Position numbers and translations under genes: made by a program. From assembly GCF_006345805.1 (NCBI RefSeq), contig NC_042998.1, forward strand, positions 200,508,001 through 200,572,000: a stretch of DNA of 64,000 bases. The letters are read 5' to 3'. The first letter of the stretch is position 1; each line of letters opens with the position of its first letter. Under the pieces are notes generated by a model, which made no database searches, was not told the DNA's origin, and worked only from the letters and a program-made list of their open reading frames with translations. Shown here piece by piece: positions 13,839 through 26,435 of this stretch. The stretch is from Octopus sinensis (Eukaryota).

Positions 13839-15320
13839 GGATCTCTTCGTTAATTTAAATATCGATCTTATCAAGTGGCCAGCATGGGAATAAAATCCTT
13901 TTAAGGAAATAATTATAATTATATATATATATCCAGCTTTTTAGGTTGAGGTTCAAAAACACCTAATGTCAATCAACTTTTCCTGCCATCGTTTGGGGTT
14001 GTTAAAATAAATAGTCAGTACAGCTCTGGGGTCACTGAAATTGACTAACCATATCCCCATATGATTGAAGGCCTTGGGCAAAAATTTTAAACAAGTAGCA
14101 TTACGACTGAGCATAGATTTACCGATTATTCAAACCATTGAAATAAGAAAGCAATATGAGAATGCCTAAGCAAAATTTATTTTGAACGCAACAAAATAAG
14201 ATTACTCATTGGAATTCACTGATATCCTAAGTGACAATTTTAAATTATTGTATCACACATTCATCTGTTCAACAGATAGATACGAAATACGTAATATATG
14301 CAGCCATTCACAATAATTTCATAGCTAAGCAAGAATGATAATTACTTTAAATAAATGTTTTTTTATGTTGATGAATATTAAAAGTTTTGCATCATTGTAC
14401 GCCCAAATTTCAGGTTATTTTACATCCCCTGTGTGATAAATAAATATATTTTATTACTAATAGAAGTCTCACTAGAAACTATTGCCATGAGGGAAACATA
14501 TCATACCGCCTCTGTGCTGCGTGAGCTTACATCTGCTCTATTCTACGGTTGGATTTAATCGATGAGCTATATGCTTGTAAGTATTGTTGAGGATTGCATT
14601 TCACATGATGACCTGATGAAGACGATCAAGATTAACATTCCGTATAATATGGAACTTTCAATCGCTGGAATAGAATGTGGCATTTAGTTTTCAATGCATT
14701 TTTCTTTAATGATACGCTTTTTCTGTGATTTGCTTTTGTATAACTTGAAGAGTATAACTAGAGCGACAACGTACTCTGAGTAAAAGCAGCATTGCATAAC
14801 TAGTGTGATATGACCTAAATATAGCCCAGATAAAAGTTTTCATCGAAAGCAAATAGGAATTTGAAATGTCTGATGAGTAATACAAGCGCCAGTGTGAGGA
14901 AATGTTTCTTCGTAAAATGTTTTCATGTTAAATTTTTACCTCTAAACTTTATCAGATGTCAATAACTATACGCAAATTTCACTGTGAATAACAATTCAAA
15001 ATTGAAAATTGTATTGATGTAATTATAGTATTCCGTTATAAGTATAATCCCCACGGCTATACAGAAGAATATTGTAAATTCGAAACGGTATGGAGTAAAC
15101 ACAGGAAATTCTTTAAAAAAACTTATAATATAGATTAATTTTGGTTCCTTTTTCAACTAAGAATAAAAAATACAATTATAAAAGATGATATACTTGACAA
15201 CCTTTTACCACTGTATCGCCAGTGTTCATACACACACACACATATATATATATAAGGAGAGAGATATATACACATATACACACATGCATATATATATATG
15301 CAAGTATAAATGCATGTGTA

Positions 15321-15360
<40 letters not shown>

Positions 15361-15375
15361 TTAACATATATATAA

Positions 15376-15409
<34 letters not shown>

Positions 15410-15789
15410 CATACAGAAATGAGAGGCAGGGTAACTGTAAGAGAGAGTGAGGGGAGACAGTTGAAAAGTAAATGATATATGTGTGTATTTTTGTGTGTGT
15501 ATATACATATATCTTCATATTGTTAGCTTATAAGAAGAAATGTCCATAATTTTTACTATCCATTGTATTTATGTTGAAATGCAAAATTATATTCACGTGT
15601 AAATCTATAAAAAGCACGCATTGAAATCGGTATTTCAATGCATTAATAATTATTTTTAGAAATATATCTGCTATCCACTTAACATCATACAAGTTTGCAT
15701 ATCCACCTTTATTTGACAATATTCATACATACATCTGTCTGGCTGTATCTGCGTGCGTATGTATATAGATAAAGAAAGAAATCATTATT

Positions 15790-15967
15790 TACATTATTTA
15801 CATTTAACAGATATTTGTCCTCATCTTGTGCGCTGTTTCGGGGGTTATAATAATAATGATGATAATAATAATGATAAGTAATAATAATAATAATGATGAT
15901 GATGATGATGATGATGATAATAATAATAATAATAGCAATAATAATAATAATGATGATGATGGTGATG

Positions 15968-15999
<32 letters not shown>

Positions 16000-16009
16000 G
16001 ATGATGATG

Positions 16010-16080
<71 letters not shown>

Positions 16081-16345
16081 AGTAATTTTAATAATAATAA
16101 ATGGCGGTGCCCCAGCATGGCCACAGCTCGTGAGCTGAAAGTAGATAAAATAAAAGAAAAGAAAAACAACAACATCTAAAAAATACCTAAGGAATGAGAA
16201 TCTAGGTTTGAAATATCACTAGACACATGTTGAAGGCTGGAAAATATATCAGCCGAAATGTTGTGTTAACCAGAAACGAAATGAGGACAAATATCCGTCA
16301 AATGTAATTAATGTAAATAACGTACATAACGTACATAATTCCTCA
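15790..16345 (+). mobile_element. composite: inverted tail copy + (AAT/GAT)n + CR1-type tail + hammerhead-bearing tail shared with the 25.5-kb SINE
   Basis: 16160-16320 is homologous to the reverse complement of 25525-25670; 15790-15830 is the reverse complement of its own 3' end; 16103-16137 is the CR1-type tail. Confidence 0.7.
16222..16267 (+). ncRNA. degenerate hammerhead motif (GAAA half intact)
   Basis: GACAC-aTGtTGA-A-GGCTG(10 nt)CAGCC-GAAA-TG-TT-GTGTT. Confidence 0.5.
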
Positions 16346-16372
16346 TCTCTCTATTATAGAACTGGATATACG

Positions 16373-16406
<34 letters not shown>

Positions 16407-16499
16407 AATATGGTGTGGGTTGTGTGTGTGTGTGTGTGTGTGGTGTTTGCTGCCATCATTGATTTGAAATGTTTCAGACACGGTTATATTATTACTTTC

Positions 16500-16860
16500 A
16501 GCTGTCACTTGATTGATAAGGTTTAGCACAATGTGAAAATCTTCTACTTTCTTTATGTTGATAGCTATCAACATTTTGGGATCATCGGCGTATGCCTCAT
16601 TATATGAGGATGAATATTAGTGACACTAGAACAGCGCCCTGAGATACTCCACTTATTGAAGCCGATTTGATAGAAATAAGACTTTGCCTACAAAATATGA
16701 ATTTCTTCTTACGTCGAGAGTTATACTTTGAGTTTTCCAGTGAACCCTGTTTCTCTAAATGTGTGTGGGATAATCCCGTGAACAATCTAGTTACAGGCTT
16801 CATTATTCAAAACGGATATAGATAGGAACGTTGGTAAAGATACAATGATGGTGTCGTAGT
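16500..16860 (-). mobile_element. CR1/L2-type LINE RT fragment
   Basis: SGVSQGAVLVSLIFILI (cf. SGVPQGSVLGPLLF) followed by AYADDPK. Confidence 0.8.
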
Positions 16861-16939
16861 TATTTTGTGAGGCAACCACGTCCTTTAAGAGTAAAAGCTG
16901 TAAATATAAGAGATGTTCTTAGTTTTAAGATAGCTGTAT

Positions 16940-17312
16940 AGAGGGGACAAACAAGGACAGACAATGGGCTTAAGTCAATTACATCGACCCCAGTGCTTAA
17001 CTGGTACTTAATTTATCGACTCCGAAAGGATGAAAGGCAAAGTCGATCTCGGCGGAATTTGAACTCACAACGTAACGGTAGACGAAATACCTATTTCTTT
17101 ATTACCCACAAGGGGCTAAACACAGAGGGGACAAACAAGGACAGACATAGGTATTGAGTCGATTACATCGACTCCAGTGCGTAACTGGTACTTAATTTAT
17201 CGACCCCGAAAGGATGAAAGGCAAAGTCGACCTCGGCGGAATTTGAACTCACAACGTAACGCAGACGAAATACCGTTAAGCATTTCGCCGGGTGCTAACG
17301 ATTCTGCCAGCT
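16940..17312 (-). mobile_element. SINE family B, head-to-tail dimer
   Basis: body repeated twice; second unit lacks the 5' tRNA half; same architecture as 46054-46466. Confidence 0.9.
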
Positions 17313-19694
17313 AAATATCTATATGCATGAAATGCTAGAGAAACAGATTTGTAGCATCTAGCCTAAATTCTAGTCTTGCTTCCTTTTTCTAGGTAAGTGA
17401 GACTGCCGATTTTTTCAGAAGATCTGAGAATATAACATCGTTTTCGGATTTGTAGAATATCATCCTATTGCTATTTTTGTAGTTTAAAAGATGTGGCTGC
17501 AGGGGTGAAATTCAGGCCACTACCCAAAAGTGCATTGTTATTCTAGATATTTATAAACGCGAGTAGCGTCTCGAACTTGAATCCAGACACAACTGATTAA
17601 AGGTTGTGTAGGTGTAATTATTCTTTTGGGGACTATGGAATACGCAGCCACTTACATGCGAATTCAACAAGTTAGATTAGTTTATCCAAAACCTGAAAGA
17701 GAGAGAGGAGAGAGAGAGAGAGAGAGGAGAGAGAGTAAGATAGAAAAAGAGATGAATGAATTTACTGCACACCAGTAAGCCCCTATCTCTCTTCAACCAA
17801 AATTTAACCCGAAAAGTTCGTCGTGTGTTCCTCACGGAATAAAATTTATTCATCTGTTCAACATTTGCACTAATTTTGGCAGTTCAAAGAAACCCTCTGT
17901 TTCAAGGACTCTACTCAATTACAAAGAAATTTCCCATTTTCCGTGGTTTGGACGATGTTTTCAGTTAGGAAATTGGTAAAGAAGAATCAATTGTTAGCGA
18001 CTGTAATTTTCTGGCAGAGAAATTATTATTTCCTTTCTTAGAAAGAATTTAATCATGTGTGATGTATAAAGAAAGTAATTTAGCGAAATAGTGTATTTTA
18101 TTCATTTTTAACGTATATATTTAACCTAGAAGATTACATCGTTACAAAGGAATTCGATAACAATATAAAATTATAAAGACTTTGCGTGTTTCGACATTTA
18201 TACTATCAAAGATTGTATATATAATATAATTATATTTTAAATTGTAATAATTTCCCCACAATCTGTAGTGGCGTAAACATCAATCTCCACCGTAAATTAC
18301 AATGTAAACATAAAACATAACAAGTTTATATTTTACTGTGCTGTTTACATAGATGATGTTTAGTCCTTTGATAAACACCCTTTCTTATGCGCAGAGCAAT
18401 ATTCTATGCTGCACCGTATTTCTTACTCTATTTTGAAATCAATTACCAACAGACTACAATGCAACATTTTTGTTGCATAATTAAACTAAAACGTTTGTAT
18501 ATTTTACTAGTTTTTATTGTGTGCCAATATATAGCTTAGTCTTTCATATCTTAAGATATATTTGACTGAACTTATTTATCGTGCTAATGGATGGCCAGGC
18601 CCTGAACAGTTTTCGCGTGCGGTTATCTAATCAAATTCTTCATGTGTATACAGACATCGCTTCTTCGGCTCATTATACGTGAAGACCATTTATCTAAAGG
18701 TACACCGACATCCAGTAAGACTATCGAGTATATGGTTGTACGTTAACCAAAGTTGTAATTTGGAAACAAATTCTTCACCCGAAATAACCATAATTCATGT
18801 TTGTTTTCAAACCGTATTTAGTGAGAAAACTAAGGTTATAATCTACGTAAAATTAGCTTACGTTGCTTTATGCTAATGGACCCTATATTTTAAGACATTC
18901 CGCACCGAGAGTAATGAAAATCACAATCTCTACATTGAATGTTTATGCTTCATTTCGGCCTAAATTTATTTCTTAGAAGCCAATGGAATAATCAGTTTTC
19001 GATATGTCAGATATACACGTGATTCATGCCAGTAATGAAACCAAATATCCAGCATTGCATTGTATTCGTCTAACATAATTTATTATTTGACCTTTGGTAT
19101 TTTTCTTGTTATTTTTTCTTCTTCAGATATCAAAAAAGTAACGGTGCCATTAAACTTGGAAGGTTCCTATAAATTATATACGACTGGTTTGTTATGTGCA
19201 CGTTACAAAATAATAATTATTAGACTTCTCTATGTCAAAACATTTTCTTTTATGTAGTTGACCTCACTTCAAATGCAGTCTAATTTGTATGCAGAGAGGG
19301 CATTTATGTGCTGTCCCAAAGGAGAAAGGCCACAAATCATAAAATATTCGGACATAAACCTTTCTATATTAGTTTTTTATAGATCTTTTTCATGTCATCG
19401 AATATATTGCTATATATTCTGGTACAAAATTCTCTTGCATAGCCTTCTTTGCCAAAATGGCGAAAATATCTTTAAAATGAGACATATTGAGAGAAGACTG
19501 AATAAATCTTGTATATATTTATTTTTGTAATATGATAGCATATATATGAAAGCATATATAGCAAAAATGTTATAACCACCTGGAAAAATTGATACCTGCA
19601 ACGAAATAGCAGCTTCTGTTTATGTAATATTACTTACATAAAACTAGTAATTTACGGAACACAAACATACGCACACACATGCATATATATATGA

Positions 19695-19733
<39 letters not shown>

Positions 19734-20642
19734 TATATATAAATGTATATATATATGCATATACAGATGCATATGCACATACATATGCATCTAAATATCT
19801 AATAAGAAAATGCATATAATTATATAAAATATATGCGTAATATCTAAATATATATATATACTCTGTAATTTGGCACGATCGTTTCACGCTATATCATTTT
19901 ATTAAACATTGTAAGTATTACAATAGTTTTAAAATGTTAAGCAATCATCACCTATTTATAGAGGTTTTCCATCAATATATATACTTAATTTCATGTTAAT
20001 TGATAACATTATAAAGAGGGTAGATATAAAGACAGAGATGTTGATTTGAATGCTAAGAACATTGAGCTATTAGAATTTATCTTCTGACTGAAGAATTTTC
20101 TTTAAGTCATTTGGAACTGCTAGAAAGTGGGGAGGGATATTCTGTTGAATGGAGACAAAAGAGATTTTCTATTTATAGAAATAGGTAGGGGTGAAATAAA
20201 TGTCAGTTATTCCTGACGAAATTAAAGTGGAAGGGGGATTATATTGTCTTAGAGGCTGTATCCTACTATTTGGCGAACAAATTTTGTATCAAGAAAACTA
20301 GTTTTCTAAAATCAGATTTTGTATCAAGAAAACAAGAAAACGTGGGTGGGTGAGGAGGAATACAAGATGTCATTCGTCTGTTTGAATTCGGAAGTACTGG
20401 TCGTTAGATGTATGTTGTCTGATGACGCCTGGTCAGATAAGTTTGTTTAATTTTTGCAGTGCACTCAAATTTAAAATCGTGAATTACTGTACTGAAAAGG
20501 ATAATAATAGAGTGGAAATGTGAGTTTACATTTTTCACATCTAAACAACTCAGAAACCGCTAATCAAGCCGGGTGGATTCGTTATTTTTCTCTCTTAACT
20601 TGCGTGAGTTGTTGAGTATTGCTGTCTGGGACATTTTCTTAT

Positions 20643-20712
20643 GGTAGTGAAATAGTTTTAACCCCTATTTCTAAATTTCGGTATGTGGTGAAGCAAATTT
20701 TTGCTGAATCCT
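20643..20712 (+). repeat. dispersed repeat segment also at ~35020-35096
   Basis: shared GAAATAG.T.TAACCC...CTATTTCTAAATT(T)CGGTATGTGGT.A.GCAA...TTGCT. Confidence 0.6.
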
Positions 20713-20747
20713 AATTATAATTACACTCATAATTATAAAAGTTTTGC

Positions 20748-20779
<32 letters not shown>

Positions 20780-20789
20780 TATATATATA

Positions 20790-21350
20790 TTATATGTAGA
20801 AAAAGACAAACTGGGACAAGAACGTAAAATATTTAGAAGACGATACAAAAAACACGGAGGGGACATTCAAAGCCTTCAATCTTCAGTCAAGAACCGGATC
20901 ATCCTTGCAATTTCGGCTGATTAATCTTGAGATCGCTCCGATCCGGCGCCAGCCCCAAGGAAAACCTAAGCTACGAGCATTAGATTTATTGGAAAAAGGA
21001 TCGAATGTATACGAAACAAGGACAGAAAAACGGACGATGCCACACGAATATAAATACAAAAAACAATAATAGTAATAACAGGACAAAACAGCGGGTGTCT
21101 TACGACTATAGACAGTACAACTTAGTTTAGCTGGCGTATTTGGAAAAAAATGCCTTTTTCGGCAGACGAAGACAACGATGTTCTCGTGGCGCTGGTTAGA
21201 AGCCGAAAGGCTGGTTGACCAGCGGTCACGTGAGAGGAGAAGAAAGAGATAAAAGGGGGCAAAGAAATCAAAGAGAGAGAGAAAAAGAGGGACGAAGGCA
21301 CCAATATATAATTATATGAGTCTCCTAGAGTATCAATTATTAATACCATT
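20790..21350. mobile_element. unclassified non-autonomous repeat; its left end recurs at 31420-31525
   Basis: TATGTAGAAAAAGACAAACTGGGACAAGAAC...CTTCAATCTTCAGTCAAGAACCGGATC shared with the 31.4-kb copy. Confidence 0.65.
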
Positions 21351-21657
21351 AAGGTATTTATATATTTGATACGAGCGATTATATATATATATATATATAT
21401 TTAATAATATCAGGAGATCAATATTAGAAAATTCTTCAGAAAGATATAAACGCGTGTAAAATAATTGTTGCATTAAAAATATATTTGTATAAAAATATAT
21501 GTAAATATGTATAAATACATAATGTATATGACTGTTTTAAATTTTGAATTAAGTATTTAAAGCATCTTACGATCGTTTCATATAAGTGCTGTCCCTATAA
21601 TGAAATCCTATATTGATAATCATTTATAGTCAACACTTTTGCTCTTCAGAGATATAA

Positions 21658-22259
21658 AATTTGAATTTTGTATAACATATCGAATGGTAGTTTTTATATA
21701 AATTTGAGGCAATACTATAAAATGGTGTCTGTTTGAAACATAAAATAAAAATTAAAAATTACTGCTTTTGATGAGAGTCTTTAAATCGAAATATACTTCC
21801 TTGGTTAGTCTTCTGTAATAATCCAAATTATTCATATGTAAAATCCGTGATATTGTCTTGTATTCCAAATAAATTTCATATACTTAAATAATATAGAATA
21901 ATGGAATCCTGTATTGATAAGCATTCATAAATAACTCTTCTTCTCTTTAGTAATATGAAATGTGAAATTTGTAAATACTTTAGCATGAGAATCTTGAAAT
22001 TCATATGTCTTCTTGGCAATTCTTCTGTAGCAATCCATAATACTTATGTATAAAATATATATTTGTAATACAATACAATATAAGGAATTTTACATATGAA
22101 TATTATGGATTATTACAGAAGACTAACCAAGGAAATATATTTAAAGACTCTGATCAAAAGCAGTGATTTTTAATTTTTGATTTATATTTCAAACAAACAC
22201 CATTTTATAGTATTACTTCATAATACTACCATTCGATATGTTATACAAAATTCAAATTC
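21658..22259. mobile_element. AT-rich fold-back element/MITE with ~220-bp inverted arms
   Basis: outer 33 bp are a perfect inverted repeat (21658-21690 vs 22227-22259); arms remain colinear to ~21885/22040. Confidence 0.8.
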
Positions 22260-22264
22260 ATATA

Positions 22265-22400
22265 AACAAGAAAGTGTTGTAGTTTGACGCTCGAGGAAAA
22301 TAAAACAAAAATATTTTTCGTTTCGAGCCTACGATCTTCAACAGAAAGTGAATAAGAGAAATTAAACCTAGAGAGAGAGAGAGAGGGGGAACAAACTTTT
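22265..22400 (-). mobile_element. Penelope-pLTR-like fragment with a degenerate hammerhead motif (22315-22348)
   Basis: minus strand CTTT-CTGtTGA-A-GAtC(gtag)GCTC-GAAA-CG-. Confidence 0.4.
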
Positions 22401-23244
22401 AGATTTCAGCGGTCCAGTATGGCTAGTTTGGATTTGCGTATCCGAACCACTTCACGAACTTTCAGCACTGATTCTCAACTATATGCCAATACTCCATTTG
22501 GATTGCCACTAGATGTACTGATCCTGGCTGCACGGATTTCACTGGATATTTACACAAAAGACACCCACCCACCCACACACACACACATATATATATATAT
22601 GCCTGTACGTGTGCATATATATGTTTCGTAAAGCAGTATTTACAACTCTTCAAATACCTGGTGTAGTATATATAACTGCATATATATTTTTACCTTAGTG
22701 CTTGTATATAATATACTAGCGAATAATAACATAATACTGAATGTGACAACATAAAATGATAAAAAAGATAGATTGAAATAGCTCACGTATTCGTGATGCA
22801 ATGCTGTTTGAACCCCATTTGAAGTTAATAATTTTCATTTACATCGATGTAAAACAGAAAGTGAAAAAAAAAACACACAACATTTCTGTCTCTTATAAAT
22901 ATAGGGAATTGGTGGTACAAGTAAACAGATCGAATATAATATCAAACCAGATTAATGTCTATATTATCACTACAGGCTTATGTTTATACAAGTTTGTGTG
23001 AGATAGGTTACTGTAAATAACTCGAGTGTTCTGTGATTTGTTTTGAACCAAATATAAGGTTTTCAATGCTCCTGTTTATATAATTGTTTTCCTAAATACA
23101 CTGCACGTAGATTTATGTTCATTACTAGATATATATGATGCATCATAGAGGCAATCTAATCACACATAAACACATAGGGAATAGATACAATCGTGATGAA
23201 AGATCAGTTTAATTTAGATTAACAAAGTTAAATATTAATTAATA

Positions 23245-23575
23245 TTTAAGGCAGTCGAGGTCAACTTTGCCTTCCATCCTTTAGGGGTCAATAAATTAAA
23301 TACCAGTCGCGTACTAGAGTCGATCTGGACCCCTCACCCCAAATTTCAGGACTTTTGCTTAGAGGAGAAAATAATATTCAAGGCTGTGAGCTAGTAGAAT
23401 CGTTAACACGCCGGCAAGATACTAGCGGAATTTCGTATGATTTGCGTTCAAATTCCACCGCACCCGACATTGCCGTTCATCCTTTCATGGTCGATGAAAT
23501 AACTAGTCGTTAATCATTGGGGTTCATATAATCTACTTCATCGAAATTACTGGCCTTGGGTAAAACTTTGAAACC
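23245..23575 (+). mobile_element. two old SINE family B copies
   Basis: GTCAACTTTGCCTTCCATCCTTTAGGGGTCAATAAA and a second diverged head plus body. Confidence 0.7.
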
Positions 23576-25282
23576 GATATGAATATTTCTATTTCACTGC
23601 ATGCTTATTTTATTTCTTTTAATATATTGAAGTTCAAGGGTGAACACAGTTTTTAACCGAGTATGATTGACGTTCACATTTCTCTTAGTTACTTTTTATT
23701 CACTTCAAATATGATTTTAATTTATTGACAATTTTCGCTCACACTATTAAAGGATAACGACACTCGCTGAAGTAATAACTACAAAGTGATATCGATTAGT
23801 GCGTTAAGTGCAAGCTGCAATTTGATTTTGAAGTCGATGTCTTTCACCGACCGTGAAAAGTGTAGTCATTTTTAGTCATACAAATATACAGATGAAATCG
23901 CCATTACTATCCAAGCAAAAAATTGGGAATATGACACAAGCTACTGCCAAACATTTATATTGTATAATGAATTCGTTTCATTTTGAATCGTTGATCACAA
24001 GTTTAGCGTAGTATTTTCGTAATTAGTGGTTTCTATGAAATTGACTTCGTACTGAGATGAAGTAAATTTAAATCATCAAATGCACTGCGTTCCAACATGT
24101 TTTCATTTCTTTCCAAACACGAGCATCTATTTGATTTTTAAACTTGAGATCTCAACATATAGACTATCGGTAATATGACTATCAGTAATATGAGACTGAG
24201 ACTACCTTTGTCACAATAGGTGAAAATTGAACTTACTCTCTTGTATTTTAGACACGAGTCTATATTTGCTTAAAAGTCGAGCATATACAAAATGGAAACC
24301 CTGATCTGTATTTAAAAGGACAGAAAAAAAATTACAATTTTACATATGAATTCTCAATAAAAAATAAAATCGTGTTACTGCAGAAAGAGCAGTTAGGAGG
24401 GGGAGGCTGCAAAAAGTAGAAAATATTCGGGATTGAAACCCTTTGATGCAGCGTTTTTATAATGCGTTCCTTATTGCGTTTGAAACTCAATCGTATAGGT
24501 TGAAAATTTAGGTGCGTAAAATGTCATACAAAAACACGTTATTAATCCTTTCAGATTTTACTTCACGCATAAGTGAACATCTCCCTACATTTCGTTCAAA
24601 AAATTTAAGGAATAATTTCACTTAAACACATATGACTCAGCAACAACTTTTTTTTTTATATAAATATTAACGAAAATAAGAAAGTTAGACGTTTGATGCT
24701 GTTATACGATAAATCATTGATTCGCTAAACAACTGATGTAACCATAAATGCATTCTTTTTACATTACGGATGTTTTATGGTTTCCTTGAATCTATTTACA
24801 AACTTGTAGCTTATTGTTATCAGATTTCACACAACTCGTTCAAACCTGGCATTATCACAGGAAATAAACAAGTAATATATCACTGAGGAATTGAATCACC
24901 TCAATTGTCAGACTTCAAACGAACAACAACAACAACAACAACGACAATCATTATGACCGCAACGATTTCAACAACCAAACCAACAGAGCAACAACATGAA
25001 CAACAACGAGAACAAGGATAATCAGTCAACTTTTACAGAATATTAATAAACGACATATAAAATGATTGTGAAATAGAATAACAAAATATAGGATTACATT
25101 TAAGGAGAAGAAGCAGGCTCTGATTAGTTTAATAAATACAAAAAATATAATCTTCCTTATATATTATATCCGATTTCAACCGAGGAAAATATTTATAGTC
25201 ATGTGTCTTTCTACAAGACCTGTTCATAAAACGTATAGTAGATCACAACCTAGTACCATTTAAGGAAATTGGATATGAAATC

Positions 25283-25323
<41 letters not shown>

Positions 25324-25524
25324 TTTACTTAAGCCATTTCTTTGTACGCATTTCTTTTTTCAATAGATTGCAATTCTATATTTTTCCGATTGGAAAATGG
25401 ATGAACTGATCCATTTGGACATAGGAATTCTCAGTACCAACCTAGGTTGAAGAGCACCAGCAAAAATTTCACTAATGTGACGGTCACTTGCTTATGCAGG
25501 AATGAGGCAAATTGTAGTATTGAA

Positions 25525-25780
25525 CATTATTTACATTTGACAGATATTTGTCCTCATCTTATTTGTTGTTAACACAAAGGTTCAGCTGTGATATACCATC
25601 CAGCCTTCATCAGGTGTCTGGGGAAAATTTCGAAACTGGCTTCTCATTCCTAAGGTATCTTTCGATGTTGTTGTTGTTGTTATTATTATTATTATTATTC
25701 AGGTCACTACATGGAATCGAATTAGGAATCTTGGGGTCAGTAGCCCGCGCTCTTAACCACTACACCATATGACCGTCGGC
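25525..25780 (-). mobile_element. SINE family C: tRNA-derived head + (AAT/AAC)n + hammerhead-containing tail
   Basis: minus strand A box TGGTGTAGTGG, B-box-like TTCGATTCC, then GACAC-CTGATGA-A-GGCTG...CAGCT-GAAC-...GTGTT. Confidence 0.75.
25571..25618 (-). ncRNA. degenerate hammerhead motif (CTGATGA half intact)
   Basis: exact CTGATGA core, stems I and II pair; GAAA changed to GAAC. Confidence 0.55.
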
Positions 25781-25908
25781 AATTATGGAGTGAATTTTAG
25801 GGCTTATTAATCTAATATTTTCATATTCTTCCTTAATGTCGGTTCGCATATGGTATTCATATCTGCGCTCAATAACGATATGTTAAGCAACAACTACCAA
25901 AAAAACAT

Positions 25909-26324
25909 ACTCTTTTACTCTTTTACTCTTTTACTTGTTTCAGTCATTTGACTGCGGCCATGCTGGAGCACCGCCTTTAATCGAGCAACTCGACCCCGGG
26001 ACTTATTCTTTTTGTAAGCCCAGTACTTATTCTATCGGTCTCTTTTGCCGAACCGCTAAGTAACGGGGACATAAACACACCAGCATCGGTTGTCAAGCAA
26101 TGCTAGGGGAACAAACACAGACGCACAAACACACACACGCGTATAAATATATACATATATACGACGGGCTTCTTTCAGTTTCCGTCTACGAAATCCACTG
26201 ACGAGGCTTTGGTCGGCCCGAGACTATAGTAGAAGACACTTGCCCAAGGTGCCACGCAGTGGGACTGAACCCTGAACCATGTGGTTGGTAAACAAGCTAC
26301 TTACCACACAGCCACTCCTGCGCC
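25909..26324 (-). mobile_element. SINE family A, full length
   Basis: reverse complement colinear with other copies. Confidence 0.92.
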
Positions 26325-26345
26325 TATCTACTATCTACTCCAATT

Positions 26346-26435
26346 ATGAAGAAAGGAGAGGATGAAACCAATAATCTGTCTACAGTCTGTATTCCCTATG
26401 TGAATGGCCTCTCCGAAAAGATACAAAAGATATGC
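26346..26435 (+). mobile_element. short Penelope-like element fragment
   Basis: LSTVCIPYVNGLSEKIQKIC resembles the PLE linker motif (.PY..GLSE.I..I) between RT and GIY-YIG. Confidence 0.55.

Noticed and set aside
14610-14900. Two CTGATGA occurrences (~14612, ~14869)
   Set aside because: Neither has a stem II/GAAA partner; this is a chance-level 7-mer.
20860-20980. Minus-strand GGCTG...CAGCC-GAAA and CTGAAGA pieces
   Set aside because: The core boxes are not in a consistent hammerhead register.
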